Assembly (NCBI GenBank): GCA_964187785.1
Contig: OZ076409.1
Coordinates: 60,946,001-61,010,000, forward strand
Reading direction: 5' to 3'
Source: Amphiscolops sp. MND2022
Taxonomy: Eukaryota
Length of the DNA: 64,000 bases
Shown here: piece after piece, positions 22,325-35,164 of the stretch
Position numbering within the stretch: the first letter of the stretch is position 1
How the letters are laid out: each line of letters starts with the position of its first letter
Notes under the pieces: generated by a model
The model's database searches: none
What the model was told of the DNA's origin: nothing
Seen by the model: only the letters and a program-made list of their open reading frames with translations
Made by a program: the position numbers and the translations under genes

Positions 22325-23930
22325 TTGAACAGTGAATGCTATTTTGATGGAATCCAAGACAATATGCTCAAAATGGTGGAAACCAGGACAATACAGTCAG
22401 ATATAAATATTGACGTACTACCCTCTTCGGTAGTTGTTTTCTTACAGTTTAAGATTAGTATGCGGTTTCCACGACACATGTATAACGATATGGTGCTACT
22501 TTCCACAGTCGTTTTAGTACCATTCAAGAACTAGCTCATTCGTGAAATGCTTCCGAAAAATGGCAGTTGATAAAAATCTGTCATATTTTGACAAAAAGAC
22601 AATTATGAACAAATGCCATTTTACATCAAAATGCCTTGCCAACTTGTTTTCAATGTTTTGTTTTAATTAGACTAGGACATCGTTAGCCAAATTTACTGGC
22701 TCTAGCTTTACTTTTTTGTCCACGAAAACTTGTGCAATATATAATTCATCTTCCTCTCTCTGCGCGTTTCTCGGTCTACGGTAACTCAAACAATTTAGAG
22801 CTTTGCATCGAAAATGACTGTATATGAATAAAATTAATTGATCATCTAAATACAAAAATATATATGAAAAGAACAAATCAACAAGTTTCTTCTGTTGAAG
22901 CAGTAGTGAAAGAGTGGCTCGAGAGGGCTTATAATTTCTTCTTTGGATTTCTGCTGTACTGGATTTGATTTCAGGGGTACTGGTTGTGTTTAGAGCTGAG
23001 CCCTAAAAGGCTTGACGTGAAGATTATTGTTCGGTCTCCAGATGTCATCGAAAATGATCTCTTCATCGTACGTGTTTTTTTGGGTAACTTCGTACTTTGT
23101 TTTCCCGTTGGGGTAGAACACTTGGCAGTAGTAGCAAAACCCAACTTTGCGTGGGGCATGCGACTTTCCAGGTAATTTGTTAACTCCGTTTTCGCCTTTT
23201 TGTGAGATGACTTTATCCATTGAAGCAAGAAGCGAAAATAAGTACAGATGTATGAATTGTGGAGAGAGACTGGGTGCAGAAGAGGGTTTGCGGAGAAACC
23301 GAGTACAGATGACCTGGTAAGAGAGGCTGATTGATGGCAGAACGAGAGACTGAATGATGACAAAAAAGAATAGAGACTGGATCGTTTGAGTTTGTTTGGC
23401 AAGAATGAAAGAAATGTAATTGAAAGCCAAACTTTTCGGTTAACCCTTATTGGTTGAAATACTGCTTTGATGTCAGAATAAAGTTAGATTAAAGTGTTTG
23501 GTTCTAATTATTTAATTGTAAATGGCTTTTACCATGCCGTCTTTTTCAAAGGTAATTGTATTTCGTCATTAATTGCGCAAAATGCCCCCTCCCCAAGCGA
23601 CCGCAGGGGAAAATAAGACACAAGGTTTAATTCTGACTGTATTGTAGTACGTCAAAATTTAAAATCTATTATGCCGTCCTATGGTCAAGGAAAAATTTCG
23701 CAATGTTTGAATGGCGTTTTCGAATAACATGGCGTTTAATATTATCTAGCTTGTCATCAAAATCTGGCAGATTTTGATAAACTGCCATTTTCGTAATATC
23801 ACATTCAACGAATGAGCTAAAACGACTGTGGAAAGTAAGACCCTAACTTTATACATGTGTCGTGGAAACCGCATACATATCCTAAACTTTGAGAAAACAA
23901 CTACCAAAGGTGGTAGTACGTCAATATTTA
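22325..23930 (-). mobile_element. Cargo cassette copy 1 (about 1 kb between inverted A arms)
   Basis: Reverse complement of 25190-27100. Confidence 0.85.
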
Positions 23931-24450
23931 AACCCTTACCTTGAGTATTGAGATTTCGGATAGATAAGTATGTCTCGAGAGCCTTGCACAAAGAGGAATG
24001 AAGTAGCAAAAGTGGCAATGAATCAAAACAAACAAAGTTTCAACAAGAAATGATAAATAAACGAGCAGTTACTCAACTACATGTAGGTAGCACAAAATTG
24101 CAAATTACGAACTAAACGTGACTTTTCACGGACTATGGTTGACCAAGGAATCAGGAGAGAGAGAGTAGCGTTCTCTTTTGACAAGTGTGCATGTAGTTAG
24201 AAACTGTTCACGAGTTTGCTTCAAATTATCGAACTATAGCTTACCAAAAAAGGATGAGAGTCATCTGACATACTGGAGGATCAAAACATGATAAATTGTA
24301 ACCATTCTAACAATTAGTAGTTTAGCATAATCTGCCAAATTTTGATTTTGAGTGACATTTCGTATGACTGCCATGTTATTCAAAACAAAACAATGTAAGA
24401 TCAGTCAATAATTTTGTGAAACCAGGATCAAACTTTGTGACAATTTGTGA

Positions 24451-25175
24451 CCAAAATTATTCAAGATTAATTTCACCTTTGAATTACTTTTAGCCGAGTG
24501 CCGTTGCTAGAAGAAGTCAGAGGGACGAAATATGTCCATAATATCTTTCGTGAGGACAAAAAGGAGGCCTTTTAGAATACTAAAATGAAAAAAAAGATTT
24601 TTTGATATTTTGGTCCCAATCGTGAGTAAAAAAATTACTCACGATTGGGACCAAAATTATTCACGAATAATTTCACCTTTGAAATACTTTTTTAGCCGAA
24701 TTTCGTTGCTAGAAGAAGTCAGAGGGACGAAATATGTCCATAATATCTTTCGTGAGGACAAAAAGGAGGCCTTTTAGAATACTAAAATGAAAAAAAAAGA
24801 TTTTGTGATATTTTGGTCCCAATCGTGAGTAAAAAAATTACTCACGATTGGGACCAAAATTATTCACGAATAATTTCACCTTTGAAATACTTTTTAGCCG
24901 AATTTCGTTGCTAGAAGAAGTCAGAGGGACGAAATATGTCCATAATATCTTTCGTGAGGACAAAAAGGAGGCCTTTTAGAATACTAAAATGAAAAACAGA
25001 TTTGTGATTTTTTGGTCCCAATCGTGAGTAAAAAAGTTACTCACGATTGGGACCAAAATTATTCACGAATAATTTCACCTTTGAAATACTTTTTTAACCG
25101 AATTTCGTTGCTATGAGAAGTCAGAGGGACAAAATATGTCCATAATATCTTTCGTGCGACAAAAAGCTGGCCTCT
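24451..25175 (+). repeat. Satellite B tandem array, about 3.6 x ~200 bp, with a 23-bp-arm hairpin per full unit
   Basis: Units start near 24451, 24651, 24853, 25053; hairpin arms 24607-24629 / 24635-24657. Confidence 0.95.
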
Positions 25176-25189
25176 AAAAACGCTAACCA

Positions 25190-27100
25190 ATCGAAAACAG
25201 AATATTTTATCAAAATCTGCCATCTTTTAATGACAAGCCAGGTATAAATAAATGTCGCAATACTCTAAAACGTTATACAAAATTGAGCAATACTTCCACG
25301 ACACTAATACGGCATATTAAAATTCACATATTGAAATACTACCTCTGGTAGTTGTTTATAACAGTTTAGGATATGTATGCGGTTTCCACGACACATGTAT
25401 ATAGTCAGGTTCTTACTTTCCACAGTCGTTTTAGGTCATTCGTTGAATGTGATACTACGAAAATGGCCGTTCCTCCAAATCTGCCAGATTTTGATGACAA
25501 GCTAGATAATATTAAACGCCATGTTATTCGAAAACGCCATTCAAACATTGAGAAATTTTTCCTTGACCATAGGACGGCATAATAGATTTTAAATTTTGAC
25601 GTACTACAATACAGTCAGAATTAAACCTTGTGTCTTATTTTACCCTGCGGTCGCTTGGGGAGGGGGCATTTTGCGCAATTAATGACGAAATACAATTACC
25701 TTTGAAAAAGACGGCATGGTAAAAGCCATTTACAATTAAATAATTAGAACCAAACACTTTAATCTAACTTTATTCTGACATCAAAGCAGTATTTCAACCA
25801 ATAAGGGTTAACCAAAAAGTTTGGCTTTCAATTACATTTCTTTCATTCTTGCCAAACAAACTCAAACGATCCAGTCTGTATTCTTTTTTGTCATCATTCA
25901 GTCTCTCGTTCTGCCATCAATCAGCCTCTCTTACCAGGTCATCTGTACTCGGTCTCTCCGCAAACCCTCTTCTGCACCCAGTCTCTCTCCACAATTCATA
26001 CATCTGTACTCATTTTCGCTTCTTGCTTCAATGGATAAAGTCATCTCACAAAATGGCGAAAACGGAATTAACAAATTACCTGGAAAGTCGCATGCCCCAC
26101 GCAAAGTTGGGTTTTGCTACTACTGCCAAGTGTTCTACCCCAACGGGAAAACAAAGTACGAAGTTACCCAAAAAAACACGTACGATGAAGAGATCATTTT
26201 CGATGACATCTGGAGACCGAACAATAATCTTCACGTCAAGCCTTTTAGGGCTCAGCTCTAAACACAACCAGTACCCCTGAAATCAAATCCCGTACAGCAG
26301 GAATCCAAAGAAGAAATTATAAGCCCTCTCGAGCCACTCTTTCACTACTGCTTCAACAGAAGAAACTTTTTGATTTGTTCTTTTCATATATATTTTTGTA
26401 TTTAGATGATTAATTAATTTTATTCATATACAGTCATTTTCGATGCAAATCTCTAAATTGTTTGAGTTACCGTAGACCGAGAAACGCGCAGAGAGAGGAA
26501 GATGAATTATATATTGCACAAATATTCGTGGACAAAAAAGTAAAGCTAGAGCCAGTAAATTTGGCTAACGAAGTCCTAGTCTAATTAAAATAAAACATTG
26601 AAAACAAGTTGGCAAGGCATTTTGATGTAAAATGGCATTTGTTCATAATTGTCTTTTTGTCAAAATATGGCAGATTTTTATCAACTGCCATTTTTCGAAA
26701 GCATTTCACGAATGAACTAGTTCTTGAATGGTACTAAAACGACTGTGGAAAGTAGCACCATATCGTTATACATGTGTCGTGGAAACCGCATACTAATCTT
26801 AAACTGTAAGAAAACAACTACCAAAGGGGGTAGTACGTCAATATTTAAATCTGACTGTAATGTCTTGGTTTCCACCATTTTGAGCATATTGTCTTGGATT
26901 CCACCAAAATAGCATTCACTGTTCGATGGTCACGAAAGCGACTGTGGAAAGTAGGACCATATCATTATACATGTGTCGTGGAAACCATATACATATCTTA
27001 AACTGTACAAAAACAACTACCAAAGGGGGTAGTACGTCAATATGTGAATTTTGATATACCGTATTAGTGTCATGGAAATATTGCTTAATTTTGAATGCAT
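25190..27100 (+). mobile_element. Cargo cassette copy 2
   Basis: Arm A(+) 25190-25520, cargo, arm A(-) 26580-27100. Confidence 0.85.
26053..26280 (+). CDS. Putative 75-aa basic peptide MAKTELTNYLESRM... (copies 30554-30781, 36118-36345; 22971-23198 has lost the ATG)
   Basis: ATG start; three substitutions noticed between copies are synonymous in this frame. Confidence 0.35.
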   Translation: MAKTELTNYLESRMPHAKLGFATTAKCSTPTGKQSTKLPKKTRTMKRSFSMTSGDRTIIFTSSLLGLSSKHNQYP

Positions 27101-27366
27101 CTTAAGAATCAGGGGAGATGTTTAAAGGCTGATTACGTACCTAACATAAGTGCAAATAACATAAAAACAAAATTAGTGTCAAAGAATATAAAAATGAAAT
27201 TAAAAATGAAATGACAAGACAGTTATAAATAAATGCCACGTTTCCAAAAAATGCCAAAATAACATCTGGAAACCAAATTCGTACGCATCTCGACTTTTAA
27301 CAAATTTCGAAATGAACTATTTCATGAACGAATATTAATTATTAGTTGTTGTGGTAGACATGTAAA

Positions 27367-29550
27367 TCATGTAACAATTGGCGCAATCAAACGGGTAATG
27401 AAATGCAAGAAAGTTGTGAACAGCCAATCAAAAGCCGAGAATAGCGTGCTTACTGGTGCGAGCGAAAGCAACAGTGGTGAACGAAACGAATACTTGAACG
27501 GCGTTAACAAGTTAACTGAAAACAGATCTAATTCGCAAATTGCCAAAACCATGCAAAACTTCAGTGAGTCGAAAATAAGTAAAAATTACATTCCCGCCAA
27601 TTATGTAGAAGATAGACAATTGCAGAAAATGATAAAACTGGTAGAATCTAAAGATGCGGCGCAAATCGCCAGACTCCCAGTTCCGTGGAGAGAAAAGTTT
27701 ACCGCGTTTAATTTGGATTCGAATAACTTGCTTTACATGAACGAACGCCTCGTTATTCCGAAAAACATGCGAGAAAATATGATGAACGCAATACACTTTG
27801 GGCACACAGGCAGGGACGCGATGTTACGCGACGCGGCAGATGTCTGGTGGCCTAAAATACACCTTGAAATTATAGAGAAAGCCAGTAATTGCCCGCAGTG
27901 CAGATTAGAAGGTAAGAATTTAAAATGTGTTAAATCACAAAAAAAATTTGGTTTCCATCTCATCTATCCCCCCCAGGCACACCTTGTTGAAAATAGGACC
28001 GCCCCCCCTCCCAACACGAAAGCACTTTTTGTTCTCGAATAAAACTATTTCACTAATAACAGAATATTATATGAAAGTAAATACTTAGAGGATTGTCTCT
28101 ACAACTGTTTTGACACTTCAGGCAAAAACACCCTAATTTTTTTGATAATATTGTCCAAAATAGCAGAAATCCACGTTTAGAACAAGCTAAAATCGTATAA
28201 ATTGGGCCTCATTTCAACACAAATTTTCTGCGTGATAGAATCTAATGAGCAACTTTTAACTGACAGTCAATGTAATGGAAAGGATTATGTCGACATCAAT
28301 TATTTTATTGGACCAAAATTTGAACGCAAACGATGTCGAGAGAAGATCCAGAACAGATCCAGGCACGGCATTCAAAAGTGGAAATTTTGAAGAATTTTGT
28401 AGAGAGTATTATATAAATCACATAATATGCCCAGTAAAAGACCATCGTGGAAATGGGAAAGTAGAACGCATGATAAAAACATTAAACGAGAGGTTGAGAA
28501 CGCAAAAGAATGTGGTATTAGAAAGGAGAAACAATGGTCTATTGCATTATGATCAGAAATAGGAAAAGATGGGAGGTCAGCATTTGAGAGGCATAAACAA
28601 CAAAAACCAAACATGTTAAAAACGTGAATGATAAACCGAATTCTTTCAGAAAACGACCCAAAGTTAGTGTTGGAAGAAGACGACTTCAGCCCAGACGTCG
28701 ACTCTACAGTGCTAATTAGAGAAAGAACGCGTGGGTCCAAATTGGAGAAAACATTCAAAAAGAAAACGGCTCAGCCAAGTAGAGAATCGGACCATACTGT
28801 GACAATTCTGCCAAGCCGAGGAAGCCCTGTGGTATTATCCCAAAGAGATATAGCAATCGAGAGAAAAGAGGCGAATAACCCGGGACCGTCAAAAAGGTAG
28901 GGAGTATCGGAAGATGAAAATAGCAGCAGTGAAGAAGAAAGGCCAAAACAAGCCAACTTGCCAAATAGTCAAGAAATGCTAAATGAGGCCGAATTGCCAA
29001 TTGAGGAAGAGGTACTAGAAGGGTCAGAGACGTCAAGTGAGGTGCACATGCCGAAGCGAAAAACAACAAGACTGGAAACAGTATCGACAGAAGAAGAAGA
29101 GATGAAAGAAGACACGGAAAAGGAAAAAGAGGAGTCTCCGAGAAAGGCAGGAAAAACAAGATCGGGCAGAACGGTGAAGAAACCCAAATGGTTGGGTCAC
29201 AATGTTATGGTTTCGTCCATAAAGAAAGCTGAAGCAAAATAAAAGTTTTTTACGATTTTAAACTTTTACCGAAGTGAAGTTCTTGATTGTGCTATGTTAT
29301 TCACAATGCGTTTTGTTTCACGATTGTATTATCATTAACCAAAGTACTATATTATCCTAACTTGTAGTCTAATAATCCCTGAAGTATTATTATAAAAAAG
29401 AGGAATGTAGACATGTAAATGCGCAAGTACCTGTCATAATACCAGTTATTGCCATTCGTTACAGATTTGTCAATACAGTTGTTATTGCCAATTCTCTTCT
29501 TTTTGCCAAGTCATAGCAAAACGTTAACAGCTGTAGTCAATTGAACATCT
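27367..29550 (+). mobile_element. Gypsy 3' half (second family): linker, disrupted integrase, tail, PPT, LTR start (29406)
   Basis: HFGHTGRD...WWP...CPQC; RTDPGTAF; KKPKWLGHNVM; AAAAAAGAGGAA|TGTAG. Confidence 0.9.
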
Positions 29551-29979
29551 TACAAATTACTTAAGGGGTACGTCAAAATATAAAAACTAATTTACCGAGC
29601 CATACAACAAAAAAGCTAATCTTCCCATATGCTAATCAATCTAGTTCCAACATATTGGCTGTAACAGCACTGAAAGCTAGTAATTTGAATTCTGCTGAAT
29701 GGGACCAAATTTTCATTTTCTGTTGTACTTTACTGATGGAACATGAACTCCAATGTGTTTTCAACAATAATTTGAACAAATGCAAGGAATCCAAATAATA
29801 ATTAACAAATATTTTAGCTAAGTACTTTAACATTAAAGCGTCTTCGGAAAAATTGTCCAACCCAAAAGTTTCTTTGCTATTTATTACTTCTACCTTTTTT
29901 CAGTTAAGTTTTTGTTTGTATCTACTGAAAAATTCAGATATTTTGCTCGGCAGTGAGTTTAAGCGAGAGATTTAATTTA

Positions 29980-31635
29980 GACTGCCAGATTTTGATGACA
30001 AGCTAGATAATATTAAACGCCATGTTATTCGAAAACGCCATTCAAACATTGAGAAAGTTTTCCTTGACCATAGGACGGCATAATAGATTTTAAATTTTGA
30101 CGTACTACAATACAGTCAGAATTAAACCTTGTGTCTTATTTTCCCCTGCGGTCGCTTGGGGAGGGGGCATTTTGCGCAATTAATGACGAAATACAATTAC
30201 CTTTGAAAAAGACGGCATGGTAAAAGCCATTTACAATTAAATAATTAGAACCAAACACTTTAATCTAACTTTATTCTGACATCAAAGCAGTATTTCAACC
30301 AATAAGGGTTAACCAAAAAGTTTGGTTTTCAATTACATTTCTTTCATTCTTGCCAAACAAACTCAAAGGATCCAGTCTATATTCTTTTTTGTCATCATTC
30401 AGTCTCTCGGTCTGCCATCAATCAGCCTCTCTTACCAGGTCATCTGTACTCGGTCTCTCCGCCAACCCTCTTCTGCACCCAGTCTCTCTCCACAATTCAT
30501 ACATCTGTACTCATTTTCGCTTCTTGCTTCAATGGATAAAGTCATCTCACAAAATGGCGAAAACGGAGTTAACAAATTACCTGGAAAGTCGCATGCCCCA
30601 CGCAAAGTTGGGTTTTGCTACAACTGCCAAGTGTTCTACCCCAACGGGAAAACAAAGTACGAAGTTACCCAAAAAAACACGTACGATGAAGAGATCATTT
30701 TCGATGACATCTGGAGACCGAACAATAATCTTCACGTCAAGCCTTTTAGGGCTCAGCTCTAAACACAACCAGTACCCCTGAAATCAAATCCAGTACAGCA
30801 GAAATCCAAAGAAGAAATTATAAGCCCTCTCGAGCCACTCTTTCACTACTGCTTCAACAGAAGAAACTTGTTGATTTGTTCTTTTCATATATATTTTTGT
30901 ACTTAGATGATCAATTAATTTTATTCATATACAGTCATTTTCGGTACAAAGCTCTCAATTTTTTGAGTTAACGTAGACCGAGAAACGCGCAGAGAGAGGA
31001 AGATGAATTATATATTGCACAAATATTCGTGGACAAAAAAGTAAAGCTAGAGCCAGTAAATTTGGCTAACGAAGTCCTAGTCTAATTAAAACAAAACATT
31101 GAAAACAAGTTGGCAAGGCAATTTGATGTAAAATGGCATTTGTTCATAATTGTCTTTTTGTCAAAATATGGCAGATTTTTATCAACTGCCATTTTTCGAA
31201 AGCATATCACGAATGAGCTAGTTCTTGAATGGTACTAAAACGACTGTGGAAAGTAGCACCATATCGTTATACATGTGTCGTGGAAACCGCATACTAATCC
31301 TAAACTGTAAGAAAACAACTACGAAAGGGGGTAGTACGTCAATATTTAAATCTGACTGTATTGTCCTGGTTTCCACCATTTTGAGCATATTGTCCTGGTT
31401 TCCACCATTTTAAGCATATTGTCCTGGTTTCCACCAAAATAGCATTCACTGTTCGATGGCCACGAACGCGACTGTGGAAAGTAGGACCATATCATTATAC
31501 ATGTGTCGTGGAAACCATATACATATTTTAAACTGTACGAAAACAACTACCAAAGGGGGTAGTACGTCAATATGTAAATTCTGATATACCGTATTAGTGT
31601 CATGGAAATTTTGCCTAATTTTGAATGCATATTTA
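29980..31635 (+). mobile_element. Cargo cassette copy 3
   Basis: Near-identical to copy 2; left arm truncated. Confidence 0.85.
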
Positions 31636-31656
31636 ATATCAGGGGAGATGTTTAAA

Positions 31657-31968
31657 GGCTGATTACGTACCAAATAACAAGTGCAAATAACATAACAAAA
31701 TTAGTGTCAAATAACATAAAACTGAAATTAGTTTCAGATAACATAAAAATAAAACCGAATACCCGGTTAAATATTCGAAATCAGAAAACTTTATCTGTAA
31801 TTTCCACACTTTTTTCAGTGAATCTTTTGAATTGCGAATGCTTTTGACAGCTGAAACTTTCTCCTGAACAATTTTATTTTTATGTTTAGTAAACCATTTC
31901 ATTTTTATGTTATTTGAAAGGTATTTTGTTTTCATGTTATTTGCTCTTATGTTATTTGGGAATTCACC
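31657..31968. mobile_element. MITE with long TIRs and 7-bp TSD GTTTAAA (truncated copy near 27128)
   Basis: GG...CCAAATA..AAGTGCAAATAACATA / TATGTTATTTGCTCTTATGTTATTTGGGAATTCACC; TSD 31650-31656 and 31969-31975. Confidence 0.85.
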
Positions 31969-33364
31969 GTTTAAATGTTGGTTCACCATAGACGCAGAAG
32001 AATTCACAAAAGGGAAAGAACAAACGTTATTGACGAAACGGAACGGACTAATCAAAACGTGTGACAGCTACACAGCACAAAGCGTAAAGTACATGTACAC
32101 GTATGTGACGAGAGTGTAAACATTTTGACAATATTATTCAGCGTTCAAAGTTTGACCAAAACGGCAAATTGAATTCTTACGCCAATCCGATAGAAATGGA
32201 TAACTTCAATGAAAGTGACCGAGATTTGAGTTCTTCACGAATTAGCAAAGTATACGTCAGAGCTAATTACGACAAGGACAGAACCTTACAAAAAATTATC
32301 GGACTACTGAAGGAACGCAATGCAACACAAATTTCAAGACTACCCCCTCCATGGCGAGAAAAGTTCAATTCGCTCAGTTTAGACAATAATGGGTTATTAT
32401 ACATGGAGGAAAGATTGGTCATTCCAAAAGACATGAGAGATAACATGCTCAGTGCCATACATTTCGGACACGCAGGCAGGGACGCTATGCTTCGTGAAGC
32501 AGCCGATGTTTGGTGGCCGCGTATCCACCGCGAAATTGTCGAAAAAGCGAAAAATTGCCAGCAATGTAGCCAATCAGGTAAAAATTTAAAATGTTTACAA
32601 TCTCAAAATGGGTTTTGGAAATTGACAAATCCGAAAGTACCTAATGCAAAAATCTCACTAGATTTCGCAGGGCTAAAAACAAAAAGAACAACATACTACC
32701 CGTAGTCTCCGTCGATAATAATACTGGATGTCCAGATTCCATATTCCTACCGGATACAACGGCACACAGGGTAGTCGAATTTCTGAATGAGTATATTTCA
32801 AAAAACAGAATCCGCGTAGAATTCGAATCGATCCTGGCACTGTGCTCAAAAGTCAGAAATGTAACCAATTTTGTAAGGAGTTTTGCATTGAACAAGTAGT
32901 GTGCCCGAGACCACCGCGTGAACGGAAAAGTCGAAAGGATGATTAGAAATATAAATGAACCATAACTGGTTGAGAATAGACAAAGATACAGTTTTAACAA
33001 GGGATAATTTAGGACTGTCCAGGATTTTATTTGCACTAAGGAACCAATAAGGCGCAGATGGGAAATCGGCCTTTGAACGGCATTTGAACAGAAAACCTAA
33101 TACAATAAAGAGAGTTATGTTGAAAAATTCATTTCAGAAGCCGACACGAAAATTGAATTGAGCCCAGCGGACTTCAGCGAAGAAGTGGATTCGACCATTC
33201 TGGTCAGAGAGCGAGTGCGCGGGTCAAACTTAGAAGGCGCCTACAAAAAGAAGAAAGGGAAAATTATTGGCGAGGCGAGCCCTTCCATCTCAATTTTGCC
33301 CAAGAAGGGAACGACAGTGATCTATTCGAAGAGGGATGTGGCCCTACAGAGATCCAAACTGACC

Positions 33365-34588
33365 AAATCGCCACAATCGGACAAAGAGCCAAAACAAGCA
33401 AAAGTGCCAAGTCAAAAGAAGGCAACAATTGTACCAGATTCGTCAAGTAGCGAAGAAATGGGAGCACCCGGATGCAGTTGGTGGCTGGATAACAACGAGC
33501 AAAGCGGAAAAGCCGAAAAGCAAGCGGAACATGCACATCGAGAGAACACCGCTATACTTGAGTCTGCGCATGAAGAAACAAAGACATCCCCACTAAAGGC
33601 GAATGTGGAATGGGAGATCAGCCACAAGAACCCGACAACCCAAAAATCTGCACGCAAGACCAAGAAGCCCAAATCGCCACAATCGGACAAAAAGCCAAAA
33701 CAAGCAAAAGTGCCAGGTCAAAAGAGGGCAACGATTGTACCAGATCCGTCAAGTAGCGAAGAAATGGGAGCACCCGGATGCAGTTGGTGGTTGGATAACA
33801 ACGAGCAAAGCGGAAAAGCCGAAAAGCAAGCGGAACATGCACATCGAGAGAACACCGCTATACTTGAGTCTGCGCATGATGAAACAAAGACATCCCCACT
33901 AAAGGCGAATGTGGAATGGGAGATCAGCCACAAGAACCCGACAACCCAAAAATCTGCACGCAAGACCAAGAAGCCCAAATCGCCACAATCGGACAAAAAG
34001 CCAAAACAAGCAAAAGTGCCAGGTCAAAAGAGGGCAACGATTGTACCAGATCCGTCAAGTAGCGAAGAAATGGGAGCACCCGGATGCAGTTGGTGGTTGG
34101 ATAACAACGAGCAAAGCGGAAAAGCCGAAAAGCAAGCGGAACATGCACATCGAGAGAACACCGCTATACTTGAGTCTGCGCATGAAGAAACAAAGACATC
34201 CCCACTAAAGGCGAATGTGGAATGGGAGATCAGCCACAAGAACCCGACAACCCAAAAATCTGCACGCAAGACCAAGAAGCCCAAATCGCCACAATCAGAC
34301 AAAAAGCCAAAACAAGCAAAAGTGCCAGGTCAAAAGAGGGCAACGATTGTACCAGATCCGTCAAGTAGCGAAGAAATGGGAGCACCCGGATGCAGTTGGT
34401 GGTTGGATAACAACGAGCAAAGCGGAAAAGCCGAAAAGCAAGCGGAACATGCACATCGAGAGAACACCGCTATACTTGAGTCTGCGCATGAAGAAACAAA
34501 GACATCCCCACTAAAGGCGAATGTGGAATGGGAGATCAGCCACAAGAACCCGACAACCCGTAAATCTGCACGCAAAACCAAGAAGCCC
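33365..34588 (+). repeat. 4 x 306-bp in-frame tandem repeat (102 aa)
   Basis: Unit starts near 33365, 33671, 33977, 34283. Confidence 0.95.
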
Positions 34589-35164
34589 GACTGGTTGGGC
34601 CACAATTTCATGAAGACAATTGATCGAGATGATGTTGCCGAAGAAAAATAGACGAAGAAACCTAAAAACCTGAAACAAACACATTGTTAACGTACATGTA
34701 AACTACAGTGTTATTCTACATACATGTGCAATTTTAGTTGAAGTTATCCTTATGTAGATTGTGTATTACTTATTGGTCCACTGGTAACCAATCAAATCAT
34801 TTTGCAATGAATGGTTTTGATGTAAATCTAAATTGAGTCTTTTTTCAGTATTCATTACGACTGTTTTTATTTCATATAAGAACTACGCTGTCAGTGACTT
34901 GAAAATTTGACGCATGTTGAAAATAACATGGGAAAATGTCGGACACGACATTCACCTATGAACAAAGTTCACAGAGATTGGTTGACACTTGACAAGACCC
35001 ACGGCAAGAACGTGGCCTGCATCGGGTCTCAAAAAGGCTAATTTCGCAGTCTCATATCTCCAAAACAACTCGAAATGGTTCAATTTGGTAGAAACAAATG
35101 TTTCTTGATTTTTTGCAAAAAACAATGGTTTTTGTTTGAAATTTCAACCATCATTGTTGAATGG

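Larger units (their letters stand above)
31640..34870 (+). mobile_element. Gypsy 3' half (third family) with MITE insertion and tandemly expanded integrase tail
   Basis: EMFK|MITE|CWFTID; HFGHAGRD...CQQC; ORF 33158-34651 ending KKPDWLGHNFM. Confidence 0.9.

Noticed and set aside
25821-26261. 146-aa MAFNY... ORF in the cassette
   Set aside because: TTG start, broken in copy 4, and copy differences are non-synonymous in this frame.
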